DNA of 62,215 bases, the filler included, from Basidioascus undulatus (taxonomy: Eukaryota), in the NCBI GenBank assembly GCA_000826855.1. It is 10 parts of 10 records of this genome, joined end to end, with 100 filler letters (N's around TTAATTAATTAA, not from the genome) between each part and the next. Parts side by side here need not be neighbours in the genome. Positions count along the whole stretch, not along the records: positions 1 to 22,581 come from JTLS01000296.1; 9 more parts are not named here. One strand, 5' to 3'. Position 1 is the stretch's first letter. Every line of letters begins with the position of its first letter. The notes under the pieces were generated by a model. The model had not been told where the DNA came from. It searched no databases and saw only the letters and a list, made by a program, of their open reading frames with translations. Position numbers and translations under genes: made by a program. This document shows, in pieces, positions 1-12,111 of the stretch.

Positions 1-1316
1 CCTCCGCCTCTCCCTCTCCCTCTGCTCCCGCTCCTGCCCCCGCGGACGACGGCGCCTGGACGAAGGTCTCTCGCACGCGTCCCGCGCGCCCCGCCGCGCC
101 GGCGCAGCCGGTGCTCGACCCCTCCGTCCTCCTCAACGGCGTAGGGAAGGACGAGGTTGCGCAGAAGCACGAGGCGGAGGTCGTCGCCCACTCCGCCCCC
201 GTCCCTGGCCCTGCCCTTGCCCCTGCTCTCGCAGGCCCGCAGCTCCAGGCGCCCGGTTCGGACGCGTGGGACTGGGACGGGAGCGTGTCTGCGTCGGCCG
301 TGAGCGTCGAGGACGAGGGGTGGAGCGCGGCCTCGCACCCGCAGCAGCATACGCTGGCGGAGCGGCTGTTGCCGAAGGCTGCTAAGACTGAGGTGGACGA
401 GTGAGTCCCTCTCCCTTCCGCTGCGCCCTGGCTTGAATACGTACTTATCCGTGCGCGGGATGGGAATAGTATGATCGACCGCGCCTCCTTCCCCGAGGAG
501 CGGATCGCGCGCGTGATGCGCATCGCGGCGGAGTCGGAGGAGGACGAGGCGGAGGCGCTCCAGGCGGAGGAGGGGTGGGAGATGGCGGGGCAGGCGAAAA
601 GCTGGGGTCGTGCGTTCCTTTTCCTTCCCTCTTCCCCCTTCTCCATTCCCCTTTTCTGTTCTTCTTCGGCCTCCCCCCTTCCTTCCCCCTTGCCCCCGCG
701 GAAACTGATGGTGGATCGTGTGCGTTCAAGGCGCCGCCCGCGCGCACATGCCTATCTCTACCTCTTCCTCGTCCATCCCGATCCAGAACATCACTTCCTC
801 CTCCGGCACGCTCTCCAAGTTGGTCCTTCCTTGCACCACCTCCCCTTCCTCTCCTTCAGCCGCCAACGCACGTCATTCCCCAACAGGAAGCAGCGCCAGA
901 ACCAGAAGCGCAAAGAGGCGAAGCGGGCCACTCGCGCTGCAGAGGAAGCCGACCGGCAGGCTCGGCTGGTGCGTTCCTTCTCCCTTCTTCCCCACCTCCC
1001 CTCACTGCCCTCCCACACCCCCTCCTTTCGCCTTTGTTCGCACACTGACAAGCACGGGGCGTGAAGGCGCAACACAAGCGCGAGCTCGAGCGCGCCAAGA
1101 TCAACGAGTTCTACGCGCCCGGCGGGCGTGGGTACAAGGGCGCCGCTGGGTCGAACGCCAACCAGTGGGAGACGATCGGGGCGAAGAAGACGGCGGGGGG
1201 CGCGAAGTGAGTTTTCTGCTGCTTTTCTTTTCTCTTTTCTGGTGGGAGATTGCTAATGGGTTGAATGCGGCGACAGGGCGAGCGTGGATGAGAGGGGGAA
1301 GCTAATCTGGGAGTGA
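1..1316 (+). CDS. Uncharacterised multi-exon protein, 3' part (5' end outside window)
   Basis: Exons joined by GT-AG introns give ...RKQRQNQKRKEAKRATRAAEEADRQARL / AQHKRELERAKINEFY... / ASVDERGKLIWE* (TGA 1314-1316); style resembles a conserved basidiomycete hypothetical protein. Confidence 0.6.
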
Positions 1317-1853
1317 GTGGGGAGGGTGTGTGTGTTTGGGCGTGGGCGTAGGCGTGAGTGGGGGCGTTGAATGGGTGGGAGGGGCGAGTGAACGGAAGGA
1401 GGGGGCGGTGTTCGATGATAGTGGGCTCGGGCCAATACGTAATAGGTGATGGTTTCGGACGTGCATGGCTTAGGGCGGAGCCCGAGTCGTTTGAGTGTGG
1501 TGGTGGTCCGGAAGACTCTGTCTCCAGGTGCTTGAGCTGGGTGCGGTTGGGCACTGGCTAGTCGCGCTGCACTTGGACTCCCTCCTCTGAAAGGAAAATG
1601 TGGCGACGGCATGTCCCCTGCTTCCATACCGTCGTGAAAACTGGGTTCTACCTTGCGCTGGGTAATTCAACAATATCGGACTCCCGCTGTCGACTCACCG
1701 CGTGGAGAGTCAGTGACGGCCTCGCGGCATGCCACGGCATCCGGCGCAGCGGACTCTGTCCGTAGCTGCGACGATCATGGAGCGGCCTTCCTTGATCTTG
1801 ACCTTCACCCCGTCTTTCCCGCTCAGCGCCTGTTTGCTCTAGCCAACACGACC

Positions 1854-2275
1854 ATGTCCTTTCCCGAGTTCAACAAGCGCAAGCTGTCGTCGGCAACATC
1901 GAGTCTTATCACTGCGCAGGAGGTCAAGACGGCATTCGCCAATTTCTGCGGAAACGTGTCTGTGACATGCTCGCCGCCCGCCTGTGGGGAGTAGTACAGA
2001 CAGGACATCCTCTCCTTTGATGCAGAGTCGGCATTGTGTTCCCCGAGGAGGGCAGGGACTACGCCTACGTGACGTTCGAGAAGCACGCCGACGCGCAGGA
2101 GGCGCTCACGCTCCTCGACGGCTCTAACACCTGGGGGCGCAAGCTCCGGGTGATGTGGACGAAAGACCAGCCGGAGGAGGAACACCAAGACCCTGTTCCC
2201 CCTGAGACCGTCGCGGACGCTGGAGCGGGCGAGGACATGGAGTGGGGGGAGGAGGACGTGGACGGTGTCGACTAG
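1854..2275 (+). CDS. Small single-RRM RNA-binding protein with acidic tail
   Basis: RNP1-like RDYAYVTF followed by EKHADAQEALTLLDGSNTWGRKLRVMW, typical of the RRM C-terminal half; one intron ~1957-2026. Confidence 0.6.
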
Positions 2276-4469
2276 TGAGCCGAGCACGAGCGTCTGGCTC
2301 CCCGCGTGGCCTAACTCGAGGGCGAGCGGCGCCTGCTGCACAGGAGGTTGGGAGGAGGCAGAGATGGTCATTCGGGAGTACTACGAGCGGCAGGTTGTGG
2401 AAGAGGTTCACAGGCTTGTGAGCAAGGTGCGTGTTCCCCTTTCGCACAAAGCCCTCATGCCGTTCTGGTTCACCCCCAACTGTATGCAGGAAGTCGATCA
2501 GGCTAGCAAAGGACAGTTCAATGACAAGAATCTGGTGTGTGTGCGTCTTGCGTACTCGGACTTTGTGGTTCGGCTGGAACTGACCGCTCCAAGGGCACCG
2601 GGGTCATGCATCGGCGAAACGGAAGGTCAGTGAGCCCGGCAGGCGATGCGGTAGGCAGAGCACCGGCTGAAGCAGCTGCAGAAGGAGGGACGTAAATGAG
2701 TGTCAGACATGCATTGGTTCTTCTTGCTCAGTGTAAGTATCAGGACGCGCATACGCACGAGGCAAGAGTACGGGAATGCCAGAGGGATGGCGGAGAAAGT
2801 GTGCAGTGCGCAACGGCACAGGTCCGCATAACTTGATCGCACGAGTGTTTTCAGAACGGTTCTAATGAGTAGGGGAAGTGCCTGAAGATATATGTCATTG
2901 AAGTAGAGCAGCACGCACCGCAGTTTGTGGGTGCATTCACGAGTTCGCACAGTGGCTGGAGTCCTAGCTCCAGTCCTGCTCGGCGACGTGTTTTCCTGGG
3001 TTTCCTGTATATTTTTCAGCCTATTTGATTCCAACCGACCCATTTTCTTTTTTTTCGATCGTGGCTCGTCTGCTCTTGGATGTTCAGTCCGACTCGCAGC
3101 GCGGATGCAGCACTGGCACGGCACCCTCGGACTGAAACCCACAGCGGTGCCAATAATCGTGCAAGGCACGCCGGCAAGGAAAGCACGATCTTGGCCAGTG
3201 TTCGCCCGCCATTGCCATTTCCGGTTTGTTCCTGGCCTGGAGCATTGATGCAGACGGCAGAGAAGATCGTTGAGCGGGCACAGCTTCGCGAAGCACAAAA
3301 GCGGTGGGTCTTGCCGCTCTCCCCCTCCTTCGCCCCCTCCATCCCCCTCTCGTCCATATTCCCCTGATCTATATCGACATTATAATGATCTATCAACCCC
3401 CATCAGCCTTCTCCACATCAACGGTCGACCTTCGCGAGCGCTCGGTTTCGCCAGTCCCGTCCGAGCCGCAGCTGCCTCGCGGATCGTGCGACGATGCACT
3501 GTCGTTCATCGATGTGAGTCTCGTCTTTCTCCGTTGGGCCTTCCCATTTACTGAATACAATCCCTTCCCCCTGATGTTCAGGGCCGACCCATATTCGAGT
3601 CGCCACGCCCGGCGCCCAGCCCACCGTCGGGCTGCTCGCCGCCCCCGCCACCTGTCCTGCCCTTGCCCGTCACTCGTGTGCACCGCTCGCACTCGGTAGG
3701 CCACCTTCACGTTGAGTAAGAAGCGCCGTTTCTGACTGGGAATATCTCCCGATATAGAGCCCCGAGCGCCTTGACGCACTTGTGCGGCCTCGCGTCCACC
3801 CGAGCGGCAGCTTGGACAACCTCGGGATCACGATCGGCCTGGCGCTCACTCCGGCCTACCGTCGGCAGGAAGCTGGGCATAAGGAAGACTGGGAGGAGCG
3901 AGCGGTGAGTCTTATACTTTTTATGGGGGGTCTGAACCTCTCTTCGACAATCGCAAAAAGTTGAGCATCGCTGTCTGTCCCCGCATTATAGGCAGCCTTC
4001 CTCACCTGGGTACGCCACTACCACTCGTCGAGCCGAGGAGACGACGACACGCTCTGCAAAGCCACTCCAGTCCTCTGGCACAAGCTCAGCTATGCTCCCT
4101 CCTTCAAGACCTACGACAGCGATTACAGCGCCTGCTCTTCCTCGTGGGGCTGCCCGACGGTATCGTGCAGCCACAGCGAACCGATCCTCCCCAGTCGCAA
4201 CCCGCGCAGCGTGCGGCGCCTGGCAGTTCGTCGGGTCAAGACGGTGTTGAAGGGGGCGATGGGACTGGCGAAGAAGTTTGGGGTTTGATTCGGCTTGATA
4301 GATTCGTACTTGGATGAATGCATTCGGACGTTGCTGCAACTTGCTTGTTGTCAGACAGTGCCGCTTGGTGCCGCCGTTTGGCCTTCAAATTTCAAATGCA
4401 ACCCTTGTCTGTCTTGAACAGTACATCGAAACATGGTAATACATCTCAAGCCGCTGCTTGATTTTTTCT

Positions 4470-6320
4470 TCAGTCGTTGTAGCCCTTCACGCCCTTGCCA
4501 CGCTTGGAGGTGTCGAGGGCCTCGATGCCCGCCTCCTCCCACAGCTGCAGCTGGCGGCTGCGCGCCTTGCCGGAGGGCAGGTCCTTGGCGTCGTGGTCGG
4601 CAACCGAGGTGGGGGCCTCGCCGTCTGCAACAAGACAGCATCAATCAGTGACCTGCAGGACAAGTCCGGCAAGGAAAGTGCGCTTACGAGGAGTGACCCG
4701 GAGAGCGTGGCGCCGTTGAGGCCAGACGTTGAAAATTGCAGAGTGGGTGATGACCCTATTGCAAGCGGTCGCTCAGTTTTTGGACTCTCAGGGCTACATC
4801 AGACAACCTACCTGTTGTCCCAGATGACAATGTCATCCTTGCCCCACCTGTGGAAGAGAGCCAGAAAGCGTCAGTCAAATCACAAGTGGACGCAGACATC
4901 GCACAAACGACGCACCGGACACGGGTGTGGAAGTCCTGCGAGAGCGCGATGGTGTTGAAGAGCAGGTTCAGGATCGCGTCAGACTCGTGCTTGGGCAAGC
5001 CAACGATGGCGCGCGTGAATCCGGGGTTGACGAAAATGCTCTTCCAGCCGGTGACGGGGTGCACGCGGACGACAGGGTGGATGGAGTCGACCTGCCAACC
5101 GCAGCAAGTCAGTCTCCAGTCGATCGTCAGATTTGTAGCGTGCTACTCACAGCCTCCCTGCGAACGTGAGTGCCAGCGACCTTGGCGCCGTCGGCCTGCG
5201 CCTTGGCCGAGTGCACGGCGTAGAGGCCGTCCAAGTACTTCTGGAACTCGGGCGAGAACGAGTCGTACACTGCATAGCCGTTGGCAAAGATGGTGTCGCC
5301 GCCCAGCTGTACCCGTCTCCCACAAAGTACCGTTAGATGCTGATGCAGAGTCTGTATCAGAAAATCAACGTACAGCAGGAGCGGTGATGATCTTGAGCGA
5401 GGTAAGAGCAGGCGGCTGCAGCTCGTAGGTGACATCCCTGTAGGAAAAAAACGCTTTGTCAGCCTCACATTCCTCAGTCGAGACAAAAGGCGCGATGCTC
5501 ACGAGTGGAAGAGCTCGGTCTTGGAGAAAGCAGCGGGGTCGGGACGCCGGTTCTTGTCCGCGTAGACGACGTGAACCTCCTCCAAACCGGGCTGCTTGGG
5601 CACAGCAGTCGTGGCGTGCTTGTGCAACGGGCCGTAGTGCCGCCCAAACTCGAGCTGCTCCTCGATGGTGATGGGCTGGTTACGGAAGATGACGATGCCG
5701 ACCTCGGCAGCGAGCAGGGCGCTGTCGAGAAGTGTGAGAACGGATGAGCTTAATGCGACACAGTCTTCTTTCCAAGAACCACACGCACAGCTCGTCCTTC
5801 TGTTCGGTCGTCAGATGGCGGAGGTCGAGACCCTCAATCTCAACGCCCTGGTCCGGGCCAAGCCAGTTGACCTGCGGGAAAGACTCTTCAGCTGCGTCGT
5901 CTAATACCAGTCCTAAGGGACCCCACCTTCCCAGCAGCACCCAGCAGGTTCTTCTTGCTCTTGTCAGCGAAGAACCCACGGTCCTTGCCGACGTCGATCG
6001 GCCCCAGAGGCTCCCAGTCGACGACGGGGAAGTACGGCTGCGAAGCCAAAATAAACACCTATCGCCTCACACCCCGATGCGAACGGTCATACCTTGTACT
6101 TCTCGTACTCGTAGTCCGGCTCGGCCTCACCAGAGGGGTCGTGCGAGTAGAAGGCTACAAGAAAGCAAGCTGAATGAAGCTACCACGCTGACAGCGCAAC
6201 GGAATGAAGCTCACGGTTGTAGCCGGGCGTGCCGTTGGAGGCAGCCTTCTTCTGCTCCTCGATCTTGAGGTTGGCGACGCCCTCAGTGGGAAAAGAGGCG
6301 TCGGTAGCGACAGGAGGCAT
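4470..6320 (-). CDS. TauD/TfdA-family alpha-ketoglutarate-dependent (sulfonate/taurine) dioxygenase, JLP1-like
   Basis: Spliced peptide has [12 protein letters not shown] (HxD iron ligand), [46 protein letters not shown]; start MPPVATDA at 6320; ends GVKGYND*. Confidence 0.92.
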
Positions 6321-7589
6321 TGTCGGAGATGGCGCGTGAAATATAAGAAGCAGCAAAGAAGGTGAGTCGAGGCAAATGTGGGAAGTTCTGCTCTCTCCTG
6401 GATGCCCCTTTATATCGGCGAACTGCGTCCGGACGGAACCCGATGACGTGCACAAGTCTTAACGATCACGTCTTAAGTACTGCGGAAGCGAGATGTCCAA
6501 ATGGAGTGCGTGCGCTTGAAGGTGTTGTGCTCGCAAGCAGGGACAGAGATTGCGTGCTGAGACTGTCGGACAGCTTGCCACCACTCCCTGCCGGCGCCAA
6601 TGAGCAGGTCGCTGAAGTTTCGCACATAGCTACCCTCCCCCGGTTTCTTGTGTGAATAGAGCTTACATTGAAAGAACCATTAGAATTGGGCAATTGAGTA
6701 ACATTCACCGGTGCAAGGCTCGGAACAGACAAGAACACACTCACGAAAGAAGCTGGTCGCCAAAGCTTGCGTGCAACACCCTTGTAATGCAGCCATGTGT
6801 TCCATGGACCTCGGGAGATTGCAGCTTGAAAAGTTCATTGGAAAGTATGCCATGTTTTGCTCTCAGAGTGAAACCTCCCTCTGCGAAAGCCGAAACGTCC
6901 AGTTGGGGCACCATGATGCCGAACCTGACCCGAGTCCTACGAAGATTGAGTAGGAGTCTAACCTCGCTGCAGAATGCAGGCGATCTGGGCTAGGAAATTT
7001 GAGGAAACTTATATGCGGTGCCTTCTTGTGCACTTCGGTTTATGTCGATATAAGCGATATTGAATGGTACCCATCCGATCTCCCTGCAATGCTCGCGCGC
7101 GCGTGTCCGAAGCTCGAGAGCGTGGCGCTTCGTTACGGCGAGGAAAACCTCGGAGCCGACAGTTTCGAGGAGCCGTCGCCGTCTGAAACTCGGCACCACG
7201 TTAAGCGAGAGCCGGATCGGGAGGTGCAGAAGCTCAGGAAGAAGAAGGTGGCTTTGCCCGAGGATAACAGGAGGCGTCTTATCCATTGGTCATGAAAGAT
7301 GTATACATCGCAATACTCGAGCGAGCGCGCTCATTGATGGCTGTGATTGCCTCACGAGCGTGCCGTAGTTCTCCTTGTTCAAATGCCTATGCATAGTGCA
7401 TCCAGCATAATTCACTCGTTGAAGGGCGCTCGACCGGCTCTTCACCGGCTCTCCCTCCTATGACACACCACGAATTGTCAACCACGGCTCTCCCTTTCAG
7501 AACGCCGCACGAACTTCCGCCGACACAACTGCAATTCCCATGTATGTTGCGAAGATAGGCAAAACAAGTGCATGAAGCATCTTTCGCCC

Positions 7590-9413
7590 TCAATACCACC
7601 TCCTGCACCCCTCCGCGCCGCATTGACACGCACGGCGATTCTTCTGCTTCGGCTGCCCATAGTCGATCTGTCTCACCAGCACCCTGCTAGTAAGTACTGC
7701 GACGCATTGAGAAATAAATCCGAGCACGCACAGTCAGCTCCTCGTAGGCCTCGATCGCGCGGGAGGTGACGATCACGAGCGTGGGGAGAAGGGCGTCTGG
7801 CCGGAGTGCAGCGGTCAGGAAAGAATGGAGGCAGGGAGAGGAAGGGATTCAGAGAGAGAAGGAAGAGGGAGAGACGCACTGGCGTTATGGACTTGTGCGG
7901 CGTAGCAGACGGTATTTGCCTCGCACGAGTGGTTCAGAAAGCGGAAGAGGTTGCCTGGCGCGTCGGGCCCCAGCACAGCCCGGCATCAGCGTCTCACCCC
8001 CAACAGCTTGAATTGAAACAAAGATGGGTGTTACCTTGCCGATGAGCGTCCACCGCATACATCGTCTCGTCCTCCCCCAACTTGTCCAGGTCCCAAGCAT
8101 AGCTGTTCTCTGCCCGTCGGTCCATCTCTTCGAGCGTGACCACCTCGCCCGTGTACACGCCGAGGACGACGCGCTTTGGGAGGCGTACGGGGCTCCGCAG
8201 ACCGTACCCCCGCCCTGGGCCCGAGTAGAACAGCTCGAGCGGGTAGGGGCGTCCGCGCTGAATGACGCGGTTCGTGCAGAGGGAGGGACGGGCGGCGCAG
8301 GCGCAGTTCTGGGTCGAAGGAAAAGGAAGAGAGCGAAAGATGAGGGGGAAGCGAATGATGGCCTATGCGGGCGGAGACACGCACGGGATTGCAGTCGTAC
8401 AGGATATGATCGTAGTCGACATTCACCTCGCCCTGTAAGAAGGCGAACAGTCAATTTCTACGCCTGGAATTATTGAACAAAGATTGTTGGCAGCGCACCT
8501 TAGACGTGTAGAGCCAATCGACGTTCTCATCCGCATCCGCATAATCCGGATTGCATCCGAACGCCGTCCCTTTCTTCTTCCCATTGCGCTTCTGGATGCA
8601 GCAAGCGGTGCCCCTGCACCCAGCGAAGAACTCGATCTCGGGCGCGGGGACGTCTGCGCCGTAGATGAAGCTGCTCTCGATGTAGCGGAACCCGTCCGGG
8701 AAGGGTTTCGGAAGATTGAGCGACGGCGCGGGGAGACGGAGGTTGAGGAGCGGGTCGGAGAGCGGGTGGAATGACGCTGGAGGCGGGTGGGGTGCCGCCC
8801 AGTATTGGGACTCGGGCGTCGGGGTGGATGAGATGGGGGTAGGGATATGCACGAGCGGTTGGGATGGGAGAGAGGAGGTGCTCGTTTCGGGTGGAGAGGA
8901 GTCCGAGGATGTGGAACGAGGGGCGCGGATGCGGCGGGAAGAGCGACGGCGGGGTGGTGGGCTGTCAGCGCTGCTGGGTGGAGGAGTCGAAGGCAGGGGA
9001 GGCAAAGACGAGATGCGGCGTTTACGTTTGTTAGCTCGTGTGGTGCGCACGGGCGGAGAATCGTCGTCCTCGTTGTCCTCGTCCACCTCCTCCTCCCCGG
9101 TGCGCGGCGTCGAAGTGCGTCGATCGGGTGTGCCGCGGCGCGCAGTGCTAGACCACCGCTCCTTGAGCGCGTCACCGGCTTCGTCCTCCTCCTGACCTGC
9201 TCCCTCGCGCTCCTCGATTCCAAGCCAATCCTTGACGTAGTCAAACACCTGCTCCGGCGTTGCGGACCAGCCGTACGCATTGACGGCTGCACACACGACG
9301 CGTTCGAGGTCCGCAGAGGGCACAAGAGTGCCCGGAAGCAGGGAGCGGGAGAGCACATGGAGAGCGGAGAAGTCGAAGAGCGGCGACGGGGTGGACGGAA
9401 GGGGAGAAGTCAT
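7590..9413 (-). CDS. Pre-SET/SET/post-SET histone lysine methyltransferase, Clr4/DIM-5/SUV39-like
   Basis: Cys-rich pre-SET (YDCNP/NCACAARPSLCTNRVIQRG), RGYGLRS, GVYTGEVV, GNLFRFLNHSCEAN, EELT/IDY and post-SET CQCGAEGCRRWY*. Confidence 0.88.
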
Positions 9414-9701
9414 CCTACAAGACAGTGAAGGGTGAGCGAACCGCTTGACCGTCGGGTGCCGATGCGCACGACCGTGAGTGACCTCGCCAGCGATACTCAG
9501 TCAAACAGCGGCAGCGATGGGCGGTACGTTTTAGAATTTGTTCAATTATCGATCGAATAGTATAGCATTGAGAGTAGATCGAAAAGGTCAGTAAATAAGC
9601 GGTGGCAGGGGAGCACGAGTTGCGAGGACGCGCCTTTCCCGCGAGGCCCGCCGTGTCTTCTCCCTTCGCCTCCGCCCTTGACCTCTGCAACGCTGTTCGC
9701 T

Positions 9702-11641
9702 ATGGCCAGCTCGCTTCTCGTCAGACAAAGGCGAGCAGTGTGCAGAGCGCCCTCTTTCGCTCGGCTACTCTCCACGCCGCCGCCCTCACAATCCACCAGC
9801 CAGCGGAGAAGACCAGCCCGACCTGCTCTTCCTCCTCCTCCTCCGGCACCGGCACCAGCACCAGCACCGTCTTCCTCCCCGAAACCCTCCAAACAACAAC
9901 AGGATGTGAAATACAACTACAACACCTCCCTCGACTTCTGGGGCGAGCCCGACCCGACCCACCTCGCCTACCGCACCGTCACCGCCCAGGGCCTGCGCCG
10001 CGCGAAGACCTCGCCCCGGCGCGTGCGCATGCTCGCCCGGGACTTCATTGACGACAGCCTCTACAACCCCCAATACGGCTACTTCAGCACCCAGGCCGTC
10101 ATCTTCAGCCCGCCCGGGCCGATGGACTTTCGCGCCATGCGCGACGAGGCGGAGTTTCAGGAGAAGGTCGCCGAGCTGTATCGCGGGTATGATGAGGGTC
10201 CCGACGGGAAGGTGCCCAAGGGCATTGGCAGGCAGGTGTGGCATACGCCGACGGAGCTGTTCAAGGTGCGTCAGCGTCTTGATGCGACGGAACTCAGATG
10301 GACATGCTGAATGTCTGCTTTCCGCAGCCTCATTACGGCGAGGCTATCGCCCGCTGCATAGTCTCCGAGTACGAGCTGCAGCATTATCCGTACCAGTCCG
10401 TCTCCCTACCCCATTTTGTCCACTTCATACTCTTCCCTCTGTCTATTGGGTTCCTCACCTCCCCTTCCTGTCCGCCCCTCGCGCAGGGACCTCGTCATCT
10501 ACGAAATGGGCGCCGGCAACGGCACCCTGATGCTGAACATCCTCGACTGGATCCGCTCGCACAGGCCGGACGTCTACACGCGCACGCGCTACAAGATCAT
10601 CGAGATCTCGGACCGCCTCGCGACGGGGCAGCGGGCGCGCTCGCTCACTCGCGCGGGCCACCAGGGCGTCGTGGAGGTCGTGAACAAGAGCGTGTTCGAT
10701 TGGGACGAGGTCGTGAACGAGCCGTGCTGGTTCCTTGCCATGGAGGTCTTGGTGCGTTTTCGGTCTTCAGTCGGGTCGCTGGAGGTGCGGGACTGACTGT
10801 CATTTGACTGCGTGGCTCGTTGGTTCGTTGGATGCTTGCAGGACAACTTCTCGCACGACCTCATCCGGTACTCGCTCGAGACGCCCCACGCGGAACCCTA
10901 CGAAGCGCACATCGCTATCGACCCCGCGGGCGACTTCCACCCTTACTACCTCCCCTCTTCCGACCCTCTCATCTCCCGGTACCTCGCGCTCGAGCGCACG
11001 CTCCCCTCCTACCGGACCCCTCCGCAAACGCACCACCCGCTCCTGCGCGCGCTGCGGCGCGCGATCCCCTTCTCCGCCAACCTCTCCGCGCCCGAGTATC
11101 TCCCGACAAAGCTCCTCCTCTTCCTCGAGACCCTGCGCGACAAGTTCCCGCGCCACCGCCTCCTCGTCGCCGACTTCAACGCCCTGCCGGACGCGCTCCC
11201 CGGGCGGAACGCGCCCGTCGTGCAGACGCGCTACAACGGCGAGATGGTCCCCTGCGAGACGTTCCTCGTCCAGCACGGCTTCTTCGACATCTTCTTCCCG
11301 ACAGACTTTACGCTGCTGGCGGAGATGTATGAGAAGGTCGTGGGCGCTGGGAGCGGGAGGGGCGCGCCTGCGGCTGCGTTGGGGAAGGGCACGGGCGGGG
11401 ACTTCTTCACGTCGAGGACAAGGAGCGCCGGGAGGGAGAAGAAGCCGAAGGTGTTTAGTCATGCGGACTTCTTGGAACAGTATGCGGACATCGAGAACAC
11501 GGTGCGCAGAAACCCTTTTTCTACCGCACCCCTGCCGTGAAGCTGACCCACATCCCGCTTTGCCATTTCATGCAGACTTTGAGGGACGGCTCGAATCCGC
11601 TCTTGTCGTTTTACAAGAACGCGAGCTTCATGATGACATGA
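9702..11641 (+). CDS. Mitochondrial SAM-dependent protein arginine methyltransferase, NDUFAF7/MidA family (YKL162C-like)
   Basis: Arg/Ser-rich presequence, MLARDFIDDSLYNPQYGYF, QVWHTPTELFKPHYG, IYEMGAGNGTLM, LAMEVLDNFSHD, GFFDIFFPTDF, ends GSNPLLSFYKNASFMMT*. Confidence 0.92.
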
Positions 11642-12111
11642 ATCAACTGCATTACATCGCATCGGGTTTTCTCGCCTTGCCGATTGAGGATGTGTGTGCG
11701 TGCTTGCTTGCGGCGAAACCCCGCCCGGCGGACTGAAATCAGCATTGATCAGCATTGAAAGCCAATGGAACGAACCCTTCACTACGCAACTCACCACAGA
11801 GTGATGGAGCCTGATTCGAAAAAGATCCGCAGGTATACGGTGCAGCAACGGCTTGACTCGAGATGTACAGCTTCAGACTGTCCAACGTCTAACTGAAGAA
11901 AGTAACAACTCGCAGAGCAGGCCACACGCGTCCGCGTTTGGCGAGTTTGAGATAGCCGGGCTTTCGGATGCCGACGCTCCGAGATAAGAGATAATGTAGT
12001 ACCTGCCTTCCGAGGATCCGTCGAGGCTTGATCTCCTACCCTCAAGCAATTCCACCTCATTCACCACTCGTCACTGACCATCCTCACCAAACTCTGACTT
12101 CCACTCGTTCG

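Noticed and set aside
6320..6480. Sulfur-regulon (CYS3/MetR/Cbf1) sites upstream of the dioxygenase
   Set aside because: Only partial matches (TGACGTG, TCACGTC), not distinguishable from chance.
6650..7370. Possible F-box/LRR-like fragment (LARACPKLESVALRY)
   Set aside because: A single short motif; no coherent gene model could be built.
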